This document shows, piece after piece, positions 59,862-64,000 of a DNA stretch of 64,000 bases (position 1 is its first letter; each line of letters starts with the position of its first letter). The position numbers were made by a program, and so were the translations under genes. The stretch is taken from the NCBI GenBank assembly GCA_964406095.1, contig CAYOQJ010000079.1:5944-69943 (forward strand). Direction: 5' to 3'. Origin of the DNA: an uncultured Lentisphaeraceae bacterium (GTDB lineage Bacteria; Verrucomicrobiota; Kiritimatiellia; RFP12; UBA1067). The notes beneath the pieces are model-generated. The model did not search any database. It had not been told where the DNA came from and saw only the letters and a program-made list of their open reading frames with translations.

Positions 59862-60803
59862 TCAGAACGTATTTTCAATTTTTCGCCTGAAAAAGGCGCA
59901 CTCGCGGATACACCGCTCTTCGGCGATACGGATTTTTTGATCCGTCGGCAGTCGGTGCTCTTCTTTGCTCAACAGATTCCACTCAAGATGCACCGTTGAA
60001 GGTACCTGAACCTGCAGTTCTTTCAGCAGGCTGAAATACTCTTTCCATGGCACAATTCCCCCTCCGGCTGGTTGGCGGCGCGGGATAGGCAAACCATTTT
60101 TTTCGTCACCGAAGTCAAAGTCTTTCAGGCAAATACTGCTGATCCACGGTGCAATCACTCTGGTTGCATTGCTCCAGGAACTGGGGCTTTCCGCGATCGC
60201 ATGCCTGACATCGTACTGGCAACTGATCTCCCGAGGATCAATCTCCCGAACAACATTGAATAAATCCCAAACCACACTGCCGAAAAGAGTAGGGCTCCAA
60301 GCATAATGATTCTGATAGCTGCCAGTCAATTCGAGTTTGTTATTGATCTGCGCGAGTTTTTCAAAGCGGGCCCGGATGTCATCCAGAGAACGGGCTACAC
60401 CTCTTTTAAAATCATACTTCTGGTACCCCATACGATACAGTTTCACTCCGTTGTCGGCGGCTGTCTCAAGAATTGTCCGGGCATACTCATCCTCCGCCGA
60501 GGTGATCGCAGTGACAATCATATCCACCTTCAAACCGCGTGACTGCGCAGCCCTGATAGCACGCGGTAGATCAGTGCGCACATTTTCCGGCAGAACATGA
60601 CCTTTAGGACGTACAGTCAGATCAATTCCGTCCACGCCGATTGCGGCTGCACAATCAGCCAACTGTTCATAATTCATCCAATGCAGCGGCTTGGAAAAAA
60701 AATTCATCTGCATCTTTGTTTTGTCACCTTGCGCAAAAAGCGGATAAGCCAAGGTTCCGGCGGAGGCCAGTATCCCGGTTTTGAGTAAATCACGGCGTTT
60801 CAT
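59862..60803 (-). CDS. Xylose-isomerase-like TIM-barrel sugar-phosphate isomerase/epimerase family protein, TAT-exported
   Basis: TAT signal MKRRDLLKTGILASAGTLAYPLFA. Start taken at 60803 to avoid the overlap with nrnA. Confidence 0.6.
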   Translation of the reverse strand: MKRRDLLKTGILASAGTLAYPLFAQGDKTKMQMNFFSKPLHWMNYEQLADCAAAIGVDGIDLTVRPKGHVLPENVRTDLPRAIRAAQSRGLKVDMIVTAITSAEDEYARTILETAADNGVKLYRMGYQKYDFKRGVARSLDDIRARFEKLAQINNKLELTGSYQNHYAWSPTLFGSVVWDLFNVVREIDPREISCQYDVRHAIAESPSSWSNATRVIAPWISSICLKDFDFGDEKNGLPIPRRQPAGGGIVPWKEYFSLLKELQVQVPSTVHLEWNLLSKEEHRLPTDQKIRIAEERCIRECAFFRRKIENTF

Positions 60804-60879
60804 ATTTTTCCTTTTCACTCCGTCGGCGCTGCCGTCCCAACGGTTGAATGTTTCAGGTGCCTCTCCGAAAAAACGCGCT

Positions 60880-61890
60880 TTACTTCCCGTCGCGCATTGT
60901 GTTGTTAATCCATAGTTGAATGGCATTATTCAATATGCGTTTTGCAGTGCCCAGCGGCTCCTTGATGGTGCATCCGGCCGCACGGGGATGTCCGCCGCCA
61001 TCAAAACTGCTGATCAACTGTGTGGCATCCAGCGGATCACGCGCACGTATGCTGACACGTGTCTCGCTTTTGTCCTCACTTTCATAATAGAAAATCGCCA
61101 CTTTGTTGCCGAGCAGCGAGCGCGGAATTTCAATAATGTCCTCAGCATCCGCCTTTGTGCCTCCCGTCTCATGAAAATCGCGGCTGGTCAGGGTTACCGA
61201 TGCCACGATATTGTCCTCGGAGATCGTCAGTGAGCGAAAAGCGCGTTTTTTAAGCTCCATGTTGGTGCGTGAAAAGGAGCAGTAGATCTGATCGTTGATA
61301 TAAGATGTTCTTACGCCGCGTTTGAGCAAATCAGCAGCGCAACGCAGGGTCTTAGGCGATGTTGTTTCGTGGGCGAATCTCCCGGTGTCGGTTATCAGGG
61401 CCACCCAAAGAGCCTCTGCTACCACGTGATCAATCGTCCAGTGCGCCTTGCGCGCCATTTCCCAGAGCATCTCAGCGGTTGATGAGGCAGTGTTGTCAAC
61501 TCTGTTGTAAGAACCAAAACGCGTGTTTGTCTGATGATGATCGATGTTTATAACAGTTTTTTTAAGAATGATGTTGTGTAGCTCTTCGGGAACACGATCC
61601 ACTGACCCGCAGTCTACAGTCACAACTGTATCATAACGTTTGCGGATAGCGGTTTTTAGTGGCATCAGATTCTTCACCCCAGTCAGAAACTGTGGGCCAC
61701 CCAAACCTTTCTTGCCACAGGCTGCCACAGCCTTGACACCACTGCTGTTCAGCATGCGCGCTAGAGCGATCATGCAGCCGAGCGAATCGCCGTCAGGGCG
61801 CACATGACCGGTGACGAGCACACTTTTCGAGCACTGCAACAGCGTGATTATTTCATTGAAAGAGGCGTTTTTTTTCTTTTTGGCAGCCAT
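60880..61890 (-). CDS. nrnA: DHH-family phosphoesterase NrnA (oligoribonuclease/pAp phosphatase)
   Basis: Motifs HVRPDGDSLGC, INIDHHQTN and GGGHPRAAG (DHH + DHHA1). Confidence 0.8.
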   Translation of the reverse strand: MAAKKKKNASFNEIITLLQCSKSVLVTGHVRPDGDSLGCMIALARMLNSSGVKAVAACGKKGLGGPQFLTGVKNLMPLKTAIRKRYDTVVTVDCGSVDRVPEELHNIILKKTVINIDHHQTNTRFGSYNRVDNTASSTAEMLWEMARKAHWTIDHVVAEALWVALITDTGRFAHETTSPKTLRCAADLLKRGVRTSYINDQIYCSFSRTNMELKKRAFRSLTISEDNIVASVTLTSRDFHETGGTKADAEDIIEIPRSLLGNKVAIFYYESEDKSETRVSIRARDPLDATQLISSFDGGGHPRAAGCTIKEPLGTAKRILNNAIQLWINNTMRDGK

Positions 61891-61907
61891 AACGGAACTA
61901 TTCCTCT

Positions 61908-63164
61908 CTAGCGTATCTGACCGGTGCCGGTGATAACATATTTATAAGTTGTCAGTTCTTCGAGACCCATCGGGCCGCGGGCATGAAGCTTGTCGGTGCT
62001 AATGCCCATCTCGGCTCCCATGCCGAACATGGCGCCATCCGTGAAACGTGTTGATGCGTTAACATATACCGACGCTGAGTCAACTTCCTTTAAGAATTTG
62101 TTGGCACTGCGTTTGTCATCTGTCGCAATTGCGTCGGAGTGGTGCGAACCGTAGGTGTTGATATGCTCAATGGCACCTTGTAATCCGCTTACCACACGCA
62201 CCGCCAGGGTAAGATTCAAATACTCCTCGCTCCAGTCCGCCTCGGTCGCGGGTTGACAACCATCGATGACAGCGCAGGTTTTTTCACACCCGCGCAGCTG
62301 CACACAACGTTGTTCAGCCATTCGTTTCAGAAGCGGCAGAAAATCAGCGGCGATATCGCTGTGTACCAGCAGATTTTCAATGGCGTTGCAGACTCCCGGA
62401 CGCTGGCATTTGGCGTTCTCCGTAATGGCAAGTGCCTGCTGAAGATCGGCACTGCGATCGATGTAGAGATTGCAGACACCCTTGTAGTGTTTGAGCACCG
62501 GTACCGTGGCACTGCTTACCACCGCTTTAATCAGCGACTCCCCGCCACGCGGGATTATAACATCTATGCGGTCGTCCATCCGGGCTAGAATACGTACGGC
62601 ATCACGATCGATTGTATCGACCAGCTGAATTGCTTCGGCTGGCATGCCAGCCTTGGCGCCGCCGATTTGCAACGCTTTTGCAATAGCACTGTTGGAATGC
62701 AGAGCTTCCTTGCCGCCACGCAGAATTACGGCGTTGGATGTTTTGAAACAGAGTACTGCGGCATCCGCCGTGACATTCGGACGCGACTCGAATACGATAC
62801 ATACCACACCCAGTGGAACACGCCGTTTTTCAATGATCAATCCGTTGGGGCGGGTGCGCTTCCAGATGCGTTTGCCGACTGGATCTGAGAGTGCCGCAAC
62901 ATCACGGACACCCTCAACCATCGCATCCAGCCTTGCGTCGGTCAGAGTCAAACGATCGATCATCGCTTCGGATAGACCATTTGCAACAGCAGCCTGCAGA
63001 TCAAGTTTGTTGGCGGACTGGATGATGTCGCGGCGTACATCAAGTTCCCCGGCCATTGCCATAAGAATGTGGTTTTTCTTTTTTGTCGAGAATCCGATCA
63101 GTTGACGAGATGCTTTTAAAGCCTTGTCACCCAGTTGGCGCATCTGTTTTTCAAGTTCTGTCAT
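61908..63164 (-). CDS. proA: Glutamate-5-semialdehyde dehydrogenase (gamma-glutamyl phosphate reductase)
   Basis: ALDH-fold. Recalled ProA-type motifs are present (e.g. AIEHINTYGSHHSDAI, catalytic Cys region); no alignment was run. Confidence 0.9.
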   Translation of the reverse strand: MTELEKQMRQLGDKALKASRQLIGFSTKKKNHILMAMAGELDVRRDIIQSANKLDLQAAVANGLSEAMIDRLTLTDARLDAMVEGVRDVAALSDPVGKRIWKRTRPNGLIIEKRRVPLGVVCIVFESRPNVTADAAVLCFKTSNAVILRGGKEALHSNSAIAKALQIGGAKAGMPAEAIQLVDTIDRDAVRILARMDDRIDVIIPRGGESLIKAVVSSATVPVLKHYKGVCNLYIDRSADLQQALAITENAKCQRPGVCNAIENLLVHSDIAADFLPLLKRMAEQRCVQLRGCEKTCAVIDGCQPATEADWSEEYLNLTLAVRVVSGLQGAIEHINTYGSHHSDAIATDDKRSANKFLKEVDSASVYVNASTRFTDGAMFGMGAEMGISTDKLHARGPMGLEELTTYKYVITGTGQIR

Positions 63165-63988
63165 TATTTTTTCTCTCCGTTCGATTCAGGATCAACCAAC
63201 AGTGTGCCGATATCTTTGCCGGTGACAATGTCCAGCAGAATACGCTCGGTGCGTCCGTTTGCAATTACCACCGCGCATCCGCTTTTTAAAGCCCGACGGG
63301 CGGCATCGAGTTTGGACTGCATTCCACCTTTGGATAAACCGGTGTCACCCAGATTCGGATCAATGAACTTGTAAGCCGCTTCCACCCTGTCTATAAAGGG
63401 CACACGAGTTCCGGCGCCGTCCAGAACTCCGTCTACTGTCGAAACTACTATCAATAGGTCGGCATTCACCAGATTGACAACCCGGGAAGCCAGATAGTCG
63501 TTGTCGCCCAGCGACATCCCCGCCTGAAGTTCTTCATCCGTGACAACATCGTTTTCATTGATTATCGGAACAACACGATTTTCAATCATGTTCCGCATCG
63601 TGCGTTTGGCACTGGCAAAGCGCTTCTTGTGGTGAAAGTCAGTATGAGTCAGCAACACCTGTCCGATCTTGATTTGATGCGGCTTGAAAAAATGGTCGTA
63701 AAGTGCCATCAGCTGAGCCTGTCCCACAGCAGCACACATCTGCAGATCGGGAACATGCACAGGACGCATTTTCATGCCCAACGCCTCCATGCCAGCACCG
63801 ACCGCTCCGGATGAGACCATCAGCATGTCATGCCCCATGGCATGCAGTGTGGCGACCTGATCCGAGAGCCTTTTAAGCTGATTAAGATCGGGTTCACCGG
63901 TTGCCAGTGTGATGACCCGCGTGCCAATTTTAACAACAATCTTCTGCTTGTTTTTGAGTGTTCCGCGATATCGTTCTGCAAGGTTCAT
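63164..63988 (-). CDS. proB: Glutamate 5-kinase (short form, no PUA domain)
   Basis: N-terminus KIVVKIGTRVIT. Motifs VSSGAVGAGM and IINENDVV. Confidence 0.9.
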   Translation of the reverse strand: MNLAERYRGTLKNKQKIVVKIGTRVITLATGEPDLNQLKRLSDQVATLHAMGHDMLMVSSGAVGAGMEALGMKMRPVHVPDLQMCAAVGQAQLMALYDHFFKPHQIKIGQVLLTHTDFHHKKRFASAKRTMRNMIENRVVPIINENDVVTDEELQAGMSLGDNDYLASRVVNLVNADLLIVVSTVDGVLDGAGTRVPFIDRVEAAYKFIDPNLGDTGLSKGGMQSKLDAARRALKSGCAVVIANGRTERILLDIVTGKDIGTLLVDPESNGEKK

Positions 63989-64000
63989 AAATTCTTTCCT

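Noticed and set aside
1-64000. tRNA/rRNA genes, CRISPR arrays, transposases/integrases
   Set aside because: I saw no T-loop or anticodon-arm-like structures in the intergenic regions, no repeat arrays and no recombinase-like ORFs.

Overview
This is a 64-kb chromosomal segment of roughly 55% GC; by gene content it comes from a PVC-superphylum-type bacterium (Verrucomicrobiota, Kiritimatiellota or Lentisphaerota-like), probably an anaerobe or microaerophile. Two-thirds is core genome, and I see no tRNA or rRNA genes, CRISPR arrays, transposases or integrases.

Core genes present:
- A complete Na+-translocating NADH:quinone oxidoreductase operon (nqrABCDEF), preceded by a stand-alone NuoG-like Fe-S module and followed by an unannotated 51-aa Cys-rich membrane protein.
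- A dcw-type cell-division block: a MurC–MurB fusion, then ddl, ftsQ, ftsA and a divergent ftsZ.
- rpsA, tyrS, proBA, nrnA, lgt, dapL, a LpxL-family acyltransferase, sppA, a U32 peptidase and cbiX.
- Rubrerythrin with a divergently encoded small 2[4Fe-4S] ferredoxin.

Accessory-looking regions:
- An incomplete NosR/NapH-like flavinylated polyferredoxin membrane protein at the window start.
- A glycan-processing block: a beta-helix plus CBM protein, an MFS sugar porter, a 1316-aa secreted protein with four tandem LamG-like modules, and an AraC regulator.
- Two TAT-exported Gfo/Idh/MocA oxidoreductases.
- A heptaheme cytochrome c fused to a C-terminal multi-helix membrane domain, immediately followed by the FMN transferase ApbE and a discoidin-domain protein.
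- rhaA plus a long-form class II aldolase.
- A sulfatase, and TAT-exported enolase-superfamily and TIM-barrel enzymes.
- A two-gene operon of a membrane-anchored metallophosphoesterase and a PolB-type 3'-5' exonuclease.

The main oddities are:
- A NapC/NrfH-like cytochrome gene split into two frames by a 32-bp perfect direct repeat with a 65-bp period.
- Two almost identical promoter-like elements upstream of the second Gfo/Idh/MocA gene and of nqrA.
- Short exact intergenic repeats.
- Two unannotated small protein genes.
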